Positions 16,988 to 27,510 of a DNA stretch of 64,000 nucleotides are shown in pieces. Numbering within the stretch: position 1 is the stretch's first letter; each line of letters begins with the position of its first letter. The stretch spans positions 1,923 through 65,922 of the forward strand of contig JBFMAY010000023.1 of the NCBI GenBank assembly GCA_040755455.1, read 5' to 3'. The translations under genes and the position numbers were made by a program. The notes beneath the pieces are model-generated. The model was not told the origin of the DNA and made no database searches. It was given only the letters and a program-made list of their open reading frames with translations. This DNA is from Thermodesulfobacteriota bacterium (GTDB taxonomy: Bacteria > Desulfobacterota > Desulfobulbia > Desulfobulbales > SURF-16).

Positions 16988-18730
16988 ATGAAACCGCAAG
17001 GAAAGCCCATGTTCAATCGCCTCACCCGCATGACCATATCACTGCTCATCTTCCTCGCCCTGGCGCTGTTCTCCCCCCCGCAGCCATCCCCGGCCGAGGA
17101 GCTGCAGGTCTTAACTGCCGGAGATATCATCAAAAAGAGATTCACCTCCGCAGAGGCGCGCGCATGGATGACCGCCGGGGGAGAATCCGTTTATTCCTTT
17201 GATATGGTTGCCGTTTTTTACCAAAAGCGGGATTACCAGTCGGCATGGGCCGGCGCTGACGGCCGGTTTCCCCAGGCGGATGCGCTGATCAGTGCCATTC
17301 AACAGGCCCATCTGGAAGGATTGATCCCTGAATACTACCATATCAGGGCCATTGCCTCGCTGCTCGAACAGCTGCGCACAAGCCCGGAAAACAGCCCATC
17401 CCCTGACGCCGCGCTGCTGGCCGACCTTGATGCGCTGCTCACCGACTCCTTTCTCCTGCTGAGCTGCCATCTGTCCAACGGCTGCATCAACCCCGTCATG
17501 CTCAAGGCGGAATGGTTTGCCTACAATGAAAAAATGGACGTGACCTCGGTTCTGGAACAAGCACTCAAAGAAAACCGGATCAAGGAAACCTTGAGCGATC
17601 TCGCCCCGAAGGAGAAGCTCTACACCAGACTGCGGCAGGCCCTCGTCCAGTACCGGCAGCTGGCGGCCGACAACGAGCAGTGGCCATGGATCGCCGCAAC
17701 GGGACCGTCGTTAAAAAAGAATGAACGCGACAAAAGAATCCCGGCCATCAGGCAGCGTCTTGCGGTTTTAGGCGACTTGCCGGCCGGGGGAAACCTCCGG
17801 GATGAACATTTCGACCCGGCATTGGCCAGGGCGGTGCTCAGCTTTCAACAACGGCACGGGCTTGATGCCGACGGCGTAATCGGCGCGCAAACCTTCAAGG
17901 CCCTGAATATTTCCCCGGAACAGCGGGTGCGCCAGATAGAGCTCAACATGGAGCGCCTGCGCTGGAGTTTCAGAAATCCCGGCCAACGCTATCTCCTGGT
18001 CAATATCGCCAATTTTACCCTTGATGTTGTTGAAAACAGCACAACGGTGCTGACCATGAAGGTCGTGGTGGGCAAACCTTTCTGGGATACGCCCGTTTTC
18101 AGCGAAAAAATGAGCCATATCGTGCTCAATCCCCCATGGAACGTCCCAAGAAAGATTGCCGTAGACGAAATCCTGCCCAAGATACGCAAGGATCGCCGCT
18201 ATCTGGCCAAACAGAACATCAGAGTGATGCGCAACGGCGAGTTCCTTGACGGTAAAACACTCGAGGCCATTGACTGGTCGCGGCTCACCATCGATAATTT
18301 CCCTTACCAGCTGCGCCAGGACCCCGGCCCCCTCAATCCCCTGGGCAGCATCAAATTCATGTTCCCCAACCATTTTGATGTCTATCTGCACGACTCGCCA
18401 AACAAAGGTCTTTTCCAGCGCAATGTCCGGGCCTTCAGCCACGGCTGTATCCGCATCGAAAAGCCGGTTGAACTGGCGACATACCTGTTGCGCGACAGTA
18501 TGAAGTGGACACGGGAGGAAATCCTGGCGGCCATCAAAGAGGGCGAGAAGCAAACCGTCCACCTGCCGCAGCCGATCCCCGTCCATCTCCTCTATCTGAC
18601 CGCCTGGGTTGATGACAATAATATCACGCAATTCCGGGATGATATTTACGGAAGAGATATGGAGCTCGATGGTTCATTGCCGGCAGACCATCTGCCCGCA
18701 AAAATGGGAAACGGCGCCAAAGCGCCGTGA
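16988..18730 (+). CDS. L,D-transpeptidase, YcbB/LdtD-like (PG-binding + YkuD domain)
   Basis: PG_binding_1-like segment LARAVLSFQQRHGLDADGVIG. YkuD catalytic motif HDSPNKGLF...FSHGCIRI. Signal peptide present. ATG at 16988 preferred over TTG at 16964. Confidence 0.85.
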   Translation: MKPQGKPMFNRLTRMTISLLIFLALALFSPPQPSPAEELQVLTAGDIIKKRFTSAEARAWMTAGGESVYSFDMVAVFYQKRDYQSAWAGADGRFPQADALISAIQQAHLEGLIPEYYHIRAIASLLEQLRTSPENSPSPDAALLADLDALLTDSFLLLSCHLSNGCINPVMLKAEWFAYNEKMDVTSVLEQALKENRIKETLSDLAPKEKLYTRLRQALVQYRQLAADNEQWPWIAATGPSLKKNERDKRIPAIRQRLAVLGDLPAGGNLRDEHFDPALARAVLSFQQRHGLDADGVIGAQTFKALNISPEQRVRQIELNMERLRWSFRNPGQRYLLVNIANFTLDVVENSTTVLTMKVVVGKPFWDTPVFSEKMSHIVLNPPWNVPRKIAVDEILPKIRKDRRYLAKQNIRVMRNGEFLDGKTLEAIDWSRLTIDNFPYQLRQDPGPLNPLGSIKFMFPNHFDVYLHDSPNKGLFQRNVRAFSHGCIRIEKPVELATYLLRDSMKWTREEILAAIKEGEKQTVHLPQPIPVHLLYLTAWVDDNNITQFRDDIYGRDMELDGSLPADHLPAKMGNGAKAP

Positions 18731-18891
18731 GCCTGCCAGGGGAGCGCACATTTTTACCCCTGGACCCAGCAACAATTTCTTTGCGATGGCCAGCTAATGT
18801 GCTATGATTGAAATCCTGAGGCTAATTACTCACTTTCCCGCATCCCGCCTTGATCTGGAACCGAAAACATTCATATGAGGGGACATAAAAA

Positions 18892-19449
18892 ATGAACGGA
18901 TTTCAGCATACCAGCAGAAGAAGATTTATCACCTTGGGTCTCATCACCGCCCTTGCCGGCGCCATCCCCCTTGAAGCCCTCGGCGCGGTGCGCAAGATGA
19001 TCGCCCCGGAACGCTCTCTCTCCTTCTATAACACCCACACCGGCGAAAAACTGCGGTCAACCTACTGGTGTCAGGGCAGATACATCCGCGACTCCCTGGC
19101 TGACATTAACCGCCTCATGCGGGATCACCGCACTGGCGATATCAAAAAAATCGACACGAATCTCCTGGATCTCCTCTATGTTCTCCATGGGAAGTTCCAC
19201 ACCCGCGAACCCTTTCACATCATTTCCGGCTATCGCTCCACCCAAACAAACAACCTCTTGCGGCAACGCACCAGAGGGGTGGCCAAAAGCAGTCTCCACA
19301 CCAGCGGCAAGGCCGTGGATATCCGTCTTCCCGGGCGAAAACTTGAAAACCTGCTGACCGCGGCCATAGATCTGAAACGAGGCGGAGTCGGTTACTACCC
19401 GCATGCCGATTTTGTTCATGTTGATGTTGGCCGGGTTCGCTACTGGTAA
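18892..19449 (+). CDS. DUF882/YcbK (MepK)-like M15 peptidase with Tat signal
   Basis: Twin-arginine SRRRFITLG. SGYRS...H..G.A.D and the terminal HVD metal-ligand pattern are present. Confidence 0.8.
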   Translation: MNGFQHTSRRRFITLGLITALAGAIPLEALGAVRKMIAPERSLSFYNTHTGEKLRSTYWCQGRYIRDSLADINRLMRDHRTGDIKKIDTNLLDLLYVLHGKFHTREPFHIISGYRSTQTNNLLRQRTRGVAKSSLHTSGKAVDIRLPGRKLENLLTAAIDLKRGGVGYYPHADFVHVDVGRVRYW

Positions 19450-19768
19450 CAAAAAATTTTACAATCTGTTGCGAGAACATGGGTTTGAGTTGACAACAAC
19501 CCGGGGGAGCTGGTTCCTGGCAAGTCCTGCGCGGTAAAGGTCATTTTTTGTTCAAATCAGGTGCGCAGCGGCGGTTATTTGCGGCGCATCCTGCATCCTG
19601 ATGGCGCGCATCTTCCAAAAATTTTCCTGCTTCTCTTTACCACCTCATCCAGCAATGCCAGTTCCTCTTGTCTGCTCTTCCCGAGGAGTTGCCTGACTTG
19701 AGACTTCCCGCCCCAGAAGGAATCGACGGAAATACTTTCTTTCATTTTCAACCCACAGGAGGCAGGCC

Positions 19769-21100
19769 ATGACCCGCGATGAAATAATGAAAATCATCAA
19801 AGAACAGAATGTCCACTTTTTCCGGCTGCAGTTTGTCGATATCTTCGGTTTCATGAAAAACGTTGCCCTGCCGCTCAGCCAGATCGAAAAGGCCCTGGAC
19901 GGCAAGATGATGTTTGACGGTTCCTCCATTGACGGCTTTGTCAGGATCGACGAGTCCGATATGTATCTCAAGCCCGACTACGACAGCTTTACCATTCTGC
20001 CATGGCGGACCAAGGACGGTAAGTCCGCCGCCCGCATCATCTGTGATGTTTACCGGGCGGATGGGATCACCCCGTTTGAAGGATGCCCCCGTAACAACCT
20101 GAAACGGGTGCTGGCCGAGGCCAAGGCCCTCGGCTACACCATGAAGGTCGGCACGGAATGCGAATTTTTCTTGTTTGAAAAAAACGAGAATAAATACCCC
20201 ACCACCAAAACCCACGACGTTGCCAGCTACTTCAGTGTCGATCCGGAAGATTGCGGCATCGACGCCCGCCGGGAGATCATCATCACCCTCGAGGCCATGG
20301 GCTTTGAGATCGAGGCGTCGCACCATGAGGTGGCTGAAGGCCAGCACGAGATCAATTTCAAATATGCCGACGCCCTGACCTGCGCCGACAACACGGTGAC
20401 CTTCAAGTGGGTGGTGCGCTCCATCGCCGACAGGTACGGGCTGCACGCCACCTTCATGCCCAAGCCGGTTTTCGGCATCAACGGCTCCGGCATGCATACC
20501 AATCAGTCCCTGTTCAATCTGGACGGCACCAACTCCTTCTATGATCCGGCCGGGCCGCTGCAGCTCAGCCAGACCGCCTATCATTACATAGCCGGCATTC
20601 TCAAAAACGCCAGGGGATTTGCCGCGGTGACCAATCCGCTGGTCAACTCATACAAGCGCCTGGTCGCCGGCTATGAGGCCCCGGTCTATGTGGCCTGGTC
20701 TGCCTCCAACCGCTCCGCCCTCATCCGCATCCCCGCCTCCCGCGGTTTAGGCACCCGGACCGAGGTGCGCTGCCCGGATCCAACCTGCAACCCCTATCTG
20801 GCCCTGGCCATGATGCTCAATGCCGGCCTTGAGGGCGTTACGAACAAACTGCCGGCCCCGCCGGCCGTCAATCAGGATATCTTCGCCATGACGGCCGGGG
20901 AAAAAGAGGCGGCCGGCATTCCCTCGCTGCCGGCCAATCTCAGGGAGGCCGTTGATGAACTCAAGGCAAACCCCCTGGCCAGGCAGACCCTGGGCGAGCA
21001 TATTTTCAGCAAATATGTCGAGGCCAAGGAGAAGGAATGGGATGCCTACCGGATCGCGGTTACCGACTGGGAAAAGGATAATTACCTGAGTATTTACTGA
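19769..21100 (+). CDS. glnA: glutamine synthetase type I
   Basis: FDGSSI, EVA.GQHEI and NGSGMH motifs. 443 aa. RBS CAGGAGG. Confidence 0.95.
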   Translation: MTRDEIMKIIKEQNVHFFRLQFVDIFGFMKNVALPLSQIEKALDGKMMFDGSSIDGFVRIDESDMYLKPDYDSFTILPWRTKDGKSAARIICDVYRADGITPFEGCPRNNLKRVLAEAKALGYTMKVGTECEFFLFEKNENKYPTTKTHDVASYFSVDPEDCGIDARREIIITLEAMGFEIEASHHEVAEGQHEINFKYADALTCADNTVTFKWVVRSIADRYGLHATFMPKPVFGINGSGMHTNQSLFNLDGTNSFYDPAGPLQLSQTAYHYIAGILKNARGFAAVTNPLVNSYKRLVAGYEAPVYVAWSASNRSALIRIPASRGLGTRTEVRCPDPTCNPYLALAMMLNAGLEGVTNKLPAPPAVNQDIFAMTAGEKEAAGIPSLPANLREAVDELKANPLARQTLGEHIFSKYVEAKEKEWDAYRIAVTDWEKDNYLSIY

Positions 21101-21130
21101 ACGGAAAACGGAGCGGCAGCATACGATGAC

Positions 21131-21165
21131 AAAAAGGCCGTTGCCCCATGGGCAACGGCCTTTTT
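21131..21165. terminator. bidirectional rho-independent terminator between glnA and nrfA
   Basis: AAAAA-GGCCGTTGCCC-loop-GGGCAACGGCC-TTTTT. This is an 11-bp GC-rich stem flanked by A5 and T5. Confidence 0.75.
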
Positions 21166-21247
21166 GTATGATGCTCTCTCGCTTCCCGTGCGCCAGCCGC
21201 CCCAGGATATTTCCGATCCGGCGGCAGATGGCGCGGGGGCGGATGCG

Positions 21248-22738
21248 TTATGTGCCGGGCTGCGTGGCGGGTTGGACCTCCACCAGTTTTTCCTGAACGC
21301 CGAAGGGGTCCTTGATCTCCACGCCTTCCTGGCGTTTGAGTTTCTTCTTGCCCCGCTCGTCAAGGTATTTTTCCAGCTCCAGGTTCACCTGCACCGGCAC
21401 CACCTCGCCGGCCTTGGTCAGAGCCTGGCGCAGCAAGGCCTCGGCCTTCATGGCAAAGGCCGTGGAGTCGCCCAGGATGCGCATGGCCTCGGTGGGGTTA
21501 TGGAAGCCCACCGAGTTCTCGGCGCCCACGTACAGGGTGCGCAGGAAGGCCTCCATATAAAAATCCTTGGCCCGGTCATAGAGTTCTTTGTCGATTTCCC
21601 TGCCGGCCGCCTGCAGCTCATGCACCTTCTCGATGAGTTTGGCCGCCGTGGCTGTGGCGTAACCGGAACGGATCATCATGGATACCGTTCTGTCCTGAAT
21701 CGCCGTCACCTGCGCGCGCAGCCACTCGGGGGTCTCGCTGTGACACTGCTGGCAGGCCCGCAGGTCGTTTTTCAGCGGACTGGTCACCCGGTGATCCGAG
21801 GCCTTTACCGCCCCCACCTTGGTGTAGGGCATATGGCAGTCGCTGCAGGCCACGCCCGCCTTCCAGTGGACGCTGTCCCGGGAGAACAGCTCGAACTCGG
21901 GATGACGCATGAAGGGCATCTTGTAGCCGGTAACCTTCTGGGTCCATTCGCCCACCGTTGCATCACCGCGGATCTGCTTGATGATGTTCTCCACCGAGAT
22001 GTCACCCCAGGCGCTGCCCTGCCACGGGAAGTAGATACCCACCGATTTCTTGTCGGCATCCTTATTGATGTTGTAGGTCACATGGCACTGGGCGCAGACG
22101 ATGGTGCGCATCTCCTGGTGGCTGAGCTTGGCGGTGTCGACATTGATCGCGGCAAGGGCTTTGCCCAGGGTGAAGCCGCGTGAGATCTTCAGCGACATGT
22201 CCCTGTTGTCATGGCAGTCGATGCAGGCCACGCCCAGGTCCTGGTGCTTCTCCGGGATCATGCCGCGGACTTCAGCCCAGGGCTTGCTGTAGTAATCAAA
22301 CCCCTTCTCCTTTTCGAGGATTGGGGCATATGGACTTTTACAGGTCAGACAGACACCGCCCGCCCCCACCCGCGCCGGATCGATATCCAGCTGGTCTTTC
22401 ATCATGTACGCGTGTCCGCGCGGCTCATTATACTCGATACCGAAGCCCCAGCCGTTGAAGAGCAACGCCATATAGGGGAATTCGGAGAGCTTGTCATAGG
22501 TGATGCCGTCGGCGTCAAAACCTCGTTTATATTTACTCTTGCCGGCCGGGGTCGGCTCGGCTGTCTGCTTCCACATATCGTAATTGACCGGATAGGCCTT
22601 GCCCCATTCGGCCGGATCAATCTCACCGTCGGCAATTTTCACCGGCTGGACCGGCTGCACCTTTTCCGGCTGCTGACAGCCGGGCAGCAGCGCACCGAGG
22701 GCAACAAGCATCAGGGGCCAAACATATCTGCTTTTCAT
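21248..22738 (-). CDS. nrfA: pentaheme cytochrome c nitrite reductase NrfA
   Basis: Active-site CLTCK (CXXCK) plus four CXXCH motifs: CIDCH, CAQCH, CSDCH, CQQCH. Signal peptide present. Confidence 0.92.
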   Translation of the reverse strand: MKSRYVWPLMLVALGALLPGCQQPEKVQPVQPVKIADGEIDPAEWGKAYPVNYDMWKQTAEPTPAGKSKYKRGFDADGITYDKLSEFPYMALLFNGWGFGIEYNEPRGHAYMMKDQLDIDPARVGAGGVCLTCKSPYAPILEKEKGFDYYSKPWAEVRGMIPEKHQDLGVACIDCHDNRDMSLKISRGFTLGKALAAINVDTAKLSHQEMRTIVCAQCHVTYNINKDADKKSVGIYFPWQGSAWGDISVENIIKQIRGDATVGEWTQKVTGYKMPFMRHPEFELFSRDSVHWKAGVACSDCHMPYTKVGAVKASDHRVTSPLKNDLRACQQCHSETPEWLRAQVTAIQDRTVSMMIRSGYATATAAKLIEKVHELQAAGREIDKELYDRAKDFYMEAFLRTLYVGAENSVGFHNPTEAMRILGDSTAFAMKAEALLRQALTKAGEVVPVQVNLELEKYLDERGKKKLKRQEGVEIKDPFGVQEKLVEVQPATQPGT

Positions 22739-22762
22739 ATTCTCCTCCCTTTCTTTATTCAG

Positions 22763-23224
22763 TTACAGTGTTTGAATCAAACCGCTGCCGCGGTGGGCGA
22801 TGCGTCGATGGCATGTCCAGCAGAGGCGCTGTTGGTCGATATCCTGCACCGTGGTTTCATGACACCTGATGCAGTTGCGCTGGACCACCTCCCGGCCGTG
22901 GGCCGTGATCATGATCCGCTCCGGCACCTTGCCGGAATAAAAGGCCAGGGTGTCCTTCAGACCGTCGATGCTCTTCCAGGCATAGTGCAGTGTCACATTC
23001 TCATTGGGCAGGTGGCAGTCCACGCACTGCTCCCGCCGGTGAGCCCCGGTATGGGCCCATGCATCATATTCCGCCTCCATCACGTGGCAGCCGGCACAGA
23101 ACAGCGGGGATTCGGATTTGGCAAGCAGCCTGGGAGGCCCCAGCATCAGGAAGAGTAAAGCGGCAACCCCCACAATAAGGATTGCCAGAACATACAGGCC
23201 GATCCTTTTCTTCTTGACACCCAT
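22763..23224 (-). CDS. nrfH: NapC/NirT-family tetraheme cytochrome NrfH
   Basis: N-terminal TM anchor and four CXXCH motifs: CAGCH, CVDCH, CIRCH, CWTCH. Start set at MGVKKK, 7 nt after a GGAGG. The ORF track extends it to 23248. Confidence 0.88.
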   Translation of the reverse strand: MGVKKKRIGLYVLAILIVGVAALLFLMLGPPRLLAKSESPLFCAGCHVMEAEYDAWAHTGAHRREQCVDCHLPNENVTLHYAWKSIDGLKDTLAFYSGKVPERIMITAHGREVVQRNCIRCHETTVQDIDQQRLCWTCHRRIAHRGSGLIQTL

Positions 23225-23450
23225 TGTCGCACCTCCTCTGCTCTTCAATTTTTGGACGAATACGGAAAACTCCTTTGCGGGTTATGAGCGCATGCGCGGG
23301 GAACCGCGGGCCGGCTCACATCTTAATATTATATGTTAGGCCAGCTCTTGCCTAGATGTCAAATTGATTCTAGAAAATTCTTGCGGAAAGGGGAGCGTAC
23401 CGGCGGGCCGTTACCATGACCTGCCGGTGATCATCCAATGAAAAGAAATG

Positions 23451-24542
23451 CTATAAATCCAGAAAAGTCGTGTCCCGGTTCAGAATGCGGCAGCCGTTCT
23501 CCTCGACCACCCCCATGTTTTCCAGGCGGATCCCCCCCCAGCCCGGCAGGTAAACGCCTGGTTCCACGGTGATGATCATGCCGGACTGCAGTTTCTTGCC
23601 GTTGCGGCGATTGAGCGACGGTGCTTCGTGGACCGCCAAGCCGACGCCATGGCCCAGCCCATGGCCGAATCTGTCCCCCAGCCCGGCCGCGCTGATGACC
23701 TCCCTGGCGGCCCGGTCAGCCTCCCTGCCTGTCACCCCGGCTTTGATGGCCGCCGTTGCCGCCAGCTGGGCCTTGCGCACCAGCCGGAACAGCTCAACGG
23801 TTTTCTGGTCCGGCGCGCCCAGCACCACGGTGCGGGTCATGTCCGAGCAGTAACCGTCCAGGATGAGGCCCATGTCAATGACAATGGGCTCACTCCGCTT
23901 GAGCGGCCGGGAGCCAGGCACCGCGTGCGGGGCCGCGCCGTTTGGCCCGCCGGCGACAATGGTGGCAAAGCTCGGCCGCTCCGCTCCCATGCCGAGCATG
24001 GTGTTCTCGATGCGCATCGCCACCTCACGCTCAGTCTGCCCCTGCCGCAGGGTGGCAAAGACCGCCTGGAAGACCTGCTCATTGAGCAGGACGGCTTTTT
24101 CAATCCTCTCGATCTCCTCCTGCTTTTTTCGCACCCGCATCTTTTCGACAAGACCCACCAGCGGCACCGCCTCGACGCCGAGTTTGCCGGTGAGCGCGGT
24201 CAATTTCCCGGCCGTGGCATGGAGCAGGTAATGGCTCTCAAAGCCAAGCCTTTTGACGCCGAGCCTCGGCAGCAGCTTCTGCAGCAGGGAAAGCAGCCCC
24301 TTGGGATAGAGCATGATCTCGAAATCGGTCGCCTCAGAGCCCGCGTGCAGCTCAAAACGGGAATCGGTCAGCAGCAGCGGCGTTCCGCTGCGGGGGATGA
24401 GCAGCACGCCGCTTGATTCGGCGATGGATGAATCGGTGGCGCTGTAACGGCTCAGATACCGGCGGTTCTCCGGCTGGGTGACCAGCAGGGCATCAAGCTT
24501 GCGGCTTTTTAAGACTTTTCTTAACTCCTTGAGCTTTTCCAT
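23451..24542 (-). CDS. M24B Xaa-Pro aminopeptidase
   Basis: Creatinase-N-like N-terminus. Metal ligands in DMG..LDGYCSD, HGLGHGVGL, EPG and ENM contexts. Confidence 0.88.
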   Translation of the reverse strand: MEKLKELRKVLKSRKLDALLVTQPENRRYLSRYSATDSSIAESSGVLLIPRSGTPLLLTDSRFELHAGSEATDFEIMLYPKGLLSLLQKLLPRLGVKRLGFESHYLLHATAGKLTALTGKLGVEAVPLVGLVEKMRVRKKQEEIERIEKAVLLNEQVFQAVFATLRQGQTEREVAMRIENTMLGMGAERPSFATIVAGGPNGAAPHAVPGSRPLKRSEPIVIDMGLILDGYCSDMTRTVVLGAPDQKTVELFRLVRKAQLAATAAIKAGVTGREADRAAREVISAAGLGDRFGHGLGHGVGLAVHEAPSLNRRNGKKLQSGMIITVEPGVYLPGWGGIRLENMGVVEENGCRILNRDTTFLDL

Positions 24543-24754
24543 ATTTTCTTAAACACCTTGATTAGTTATTGCAAAAAAGCGACATTCACGGCAAATTACA
24601 CTTTCCATCATTACCGTGACCACGGGCCAGGGCAAGCAATAATCTGCAGCGGCCGCAATTTGCTGCGGACAAAACAGCTGGACATTTGCCCGATGGTCAG
24701 GGCATAGTGTTATATGATTTTTTTCCGACAATTCCTTGCTCAGGGTTGCATAGC

Positions 24755-25804
24755 ATGCTTTTCCGAGTTTTTGCCAAAGATCAGCTCATCAATCTCTACG
24801 ATATACTGGCGGTAAATCATGTTGCCGGGCCGGTGGGCAAAGGGATCGACCGCCATGGCGCGCCTCTCTATGATTTCGATTTCATCTATGATTTTTCCGA
24901 GCTGCAGCTGCATTACACGGCCACCATTCACTCGCTGAAACGCTTTATTCTCCCCCCCAGGGAAAACCTGTGCACCTTTGACGTGCAGACGGACAGCTGG
25001 CAGAAACATGTGGACTTCAATGCCTACAAACCCATTGTCTATTTCGGCCTGCATGCCTGTGATATCAACGCCTTGAACAAACTCGACAAGGTGCTCACCG
25101 GCAACGTCTACCCTGACCCCTATTATGCCGCCAAACGCAAAAACATGTTCATCATCGGCGTCGGCTGCACGCCCCAGCCTTTCTGTTTCTGCAAATCCAT
25201 GGGCACGGATTCCGTTCAGCACGGCTTTGATCTGTTTTTGACCGATCTGGGTGACTCCTATTTTGCCGAAATCCATTCGGCCCGGGCCTTTGCCTTCATC
25301 AGCAGCATGGAGTGCCGAGAGCCGCGCCGAATCGAACATCAGCGTTTTGTCGAAGTGGCCCAGGAGCGCATGAACCGCTTTACCTGCCATGTCGACACCA
25401 CGGACCTGACCAAGATTCTTGATCTGGAATTCCAGGCCGAGGTTTGGCAGGAATGGGGCAGAAAATGCCTGTCCTGCGGCACCTGCGCCAATGTCTGTCC
25501 CACCTGCTACTGTTACGGCATCGAGGAAAACATCGATCTCAGCCTGCAGCATGCCACCAAGACCAGACACCTCTACTCCTGCAATCTCATTGATTTCGCC
25601 CAGGTGTCCGGCGGCCACAACTTCCGGCCCGAGAGCCATGACCGCCTGAAATACCGCTACTACCATAAACACCGGGGCTTTGTCGAGGCCTTCGAGGAAT
25701 CACTCTGTGTGGGATGCGGCCGCTGCGGCCAGTCCTGTCTGGCGAAAATCACCGTGCCGGAGGTGATAGCCAGCGTGCGGGGCGAGGGGGGGCACCATGC
25801 ATAG
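24755..25804 (+). CDS. 4Fe-4S subunit of group 3b hydrogenase (HydB / AsrA-like)
   Basis: CLSCGTCANVCPTC and CVGCGRCGQSC clusters. Its stop overlaps the next start (ATGCATAG). Start set at MLFRV. Confidence 0.78.
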   Translation: MLFRVFAKDQLINLYDILAVNHVAGPVGKGIDRHGAPLYDFDFIYDFSELQLHYTATIHSLKRFILPPRENLCTFDVQTDSWQKHVDFNAYKPIVYFGLHACDINALNKLDKVLTGNVYPDPYYAAKRKNMFIIGVGCTPQPFCFCKSMGTDSVQHGFDLFLTDLGDSYFAEIHSARAFAFISSMECREPRRIEHQRFVEVAQERMNRFTCHVDTTDLTKILDLEFQAEVWQEWGRKCLSCGTCANVCPTCYCYGIEENIDLSLQHATKTRHLYSCNLIDFAQVSGGHNFRPESHDRLKYRYYHKHRGFVEAFEESLCVGCGRCGQSCLAKITVPEVIASVRGEGGHHA

Positions 25805-26696
25805 ACTGCCCTTTGTCGATGTGCTTGCCGAGCAAAAGGATCATTCCCGCAAGCAGGACCTGGCCAGCTTTGAATACACCTACCAGGCGGAAATCACCAA
25901 CGTCTATTCCCTTACCGCAACGGAGAAGCTCTATCAGATCCAGATCATCGATCCAGAGGAACGGAGGCGCTTCTCTTTCCAACCGGGCCAGTTTGTCATG
26001 CTTGAACTGCCGGGTATCGGCGAAGCGCCTTTTTCCATTTCCTCCTCTCCCATCCGGCACGGGGATATCGAATTATGCATCCGGGCAGTGGGCAATCTGA
26101 CCAATTTTCTCGCCAGAGTGCCCCGCGGCACCAAGGTGGGCATCAGCGGCCCTTTCGGCACCAGCTTTCCGGTGGAGCGGATGCAGGGCCATGATATCAT
26201 GCTCATTGCCGGCGGCCTGGGGCTGGTCCCCCTGCGGGCCCCCATTTTCGCCGTGCTGGAAAACCGCAGCCGATACGGCAATATCGATATCATTTACGGG
26301 GCACGCAACCCCACCGAGCTGCTCTTTACCTATCAGTACGATATGTGGCGGCAATTTGACATCGATCTCAATATCATTGTTGACACCGCCGATGCCTCAT
26401 GGCAGGGGCCGGTGGGCCGCATCACCACCATTTTAGAGCAGCGCATCGCCGCCGCGCAGAACATCGGCAAGAACACCTACGCCATTGTCTGCGGGCCGCC
26501 GGTCATGTTCAAATTCGTCTGCGATATGCTCATCAAGGCCCATCTGCCCATGCAGCAGATTTTCGTGTCGCTTGAGCGCAGAATGCACTGCGGCCGCGGC
26601 AAATGCTGCCGCTGCAACATCGGCTCCACCTATACCTGCCTGGAAGGTCCGGTTTTTGACTACTGGGCGGTGATGAACATGAAAGAAGCCATTTAG
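25797..26696 (+). CDS. FAD/NAD(P)-binding 2Fe-2S subunit (HydG / PyrK-like)
   Basis: FNR-like fold (PGQFV...PFSISS, GGLGLVP). C-terminal CGRGKCCRCNIG..C. Confidence 0.85.
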   Translation: MHRLPFVDVLAEQKDHSRKQDLASFEYTYQAEITNVYSLTATEKLYQIQIIDPEERRRFSFQPGQFVMLELPGIGEAPFSISSSPIRHGDIELCIRAVGNLTNFLARVPRGTKVGISGPFGTSFPVERMQGHDIMLIAGGLGLVPLRAPIFAVLENRSRYGNIDIIYGARNPTELLFTYQYDMWRQFDIDLNIIVDTADASWQGPVGRITTILEQRIAAAQNIGKNTYAIVCGPPVMFKFVCDMLIKAHLPMQQIFVSLERRMHCGRGKCCRCNIGSTYTCLEGPVFDYWAVMNMKEAI

Positions 26697-26703
26697 AGAC
26701 ACC

Positions 26704-27489
26704 ATGACAGCCAAGGAACATACCTATCTCGGCGTGCCGGTCAACAAGCCCAGGGCCGCCTTTTTCGAGTTCACCTCCTGCGAGGGCTGTCAGCTGCAGC
26801 TGCTCAATAACGAGGCCACCCTGGTTGATTTCCTTTCCCTGCTGACCATTGTCAATTTCCGGGAGGCGATGAGCGAACGGAGCGACGATTATGACATCGC
26901 CTTTGTCGAAGGCAGCATCAGCAGGGATGATGAGGCGCGGCAGCTGAAAGAAATCCGCGCCCGGGCCCGGACCCTGGTGGCCATCGGCTCCTGCGCCTGC
27001 TTCGGCGGGGTGAACCAGCTCAAAAACCGCTTCAACAATCTCGCCTGGGTGAAAGAGCAGGTCTACGGCTCCCATCCCATCGAAACCAGGGAGGCGGTGC
27101 CGCTGTCAGCCATCGTGGCGGTGGATCTGGAGATTTACGGCTGCCCCATCAAAAAGGAAGAGGTTGAAAAGGTAGTCACCAATCTGGTGCTGGGCAAGTC
27201 AATTGATTACCCAAAGTATCCGGTGTGCATGGAATGCAAGGCCAACCACAATGTCTGTCTTTTTGACCTGGGCCAGCCGTGCCTGGGGCCGGTCACCAGG
27301 GCCGGCTGTGACGCCTGGTGCCCCACTAACCGCCTCGGCTGCTGGGGCTGCAGAGGCCCGGCGGAAACGGCCAACGTGCAGCAGCTCAGGCGGATCATGC
27401 ATGAACACGGCTTTTCCGACGAGCAGATGCTTGACCGGCTGGAATGCTTCGGCGGCTTTCATCACTATGTCAGTGAGCTGAAAAGATAG
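26704..27489 (+). CDS. [NiFe] hydrogenase small (delta) subunit, group 3b
   Basis: FTSCEGCQ, GSCACFGG and GCP motifs of the NuoB-like small subunit, plus distal cluster cysteines. Confidence 0.88.
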   Translation: MTAKEHTYLGVPVNKPRAAFFEFTSCEGCQLQLLNNEATLVDFLSLLTIVNFREAMSERSDDYDIAFVEGSISRDDEARQLKEIRARARTLVAIGSCACFGGVNQLKNRFNNLAWVKEQVYGSHPIETREAVPLSAIVAVDLEIYGCPIKKEEVEKVVTNLVLGKSIDYPKYPVCMECKANHNVCLFDLGQPCLGPVTRAGCDAWCPTNRLGCWGCRGPAETANVQQLRRIMHEHGFSDEQMLDRLECFGGFHHYVSELKR

Positions 27490-27510
27490 CCCGTACAGGA
27501 TAGAGAATCC

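Noticed and set aside
19518-19532. Possible sigma54 promoter TGGCAAGTCCTGCGC upstream of glnA.
   Set aside because: GG-N10-GC spacing fits, but the -12 region (GCGC instead of TTGC) is poor and it lies about 236 nt from the start. That is too weak to call without a matrix score or enhancer sites.
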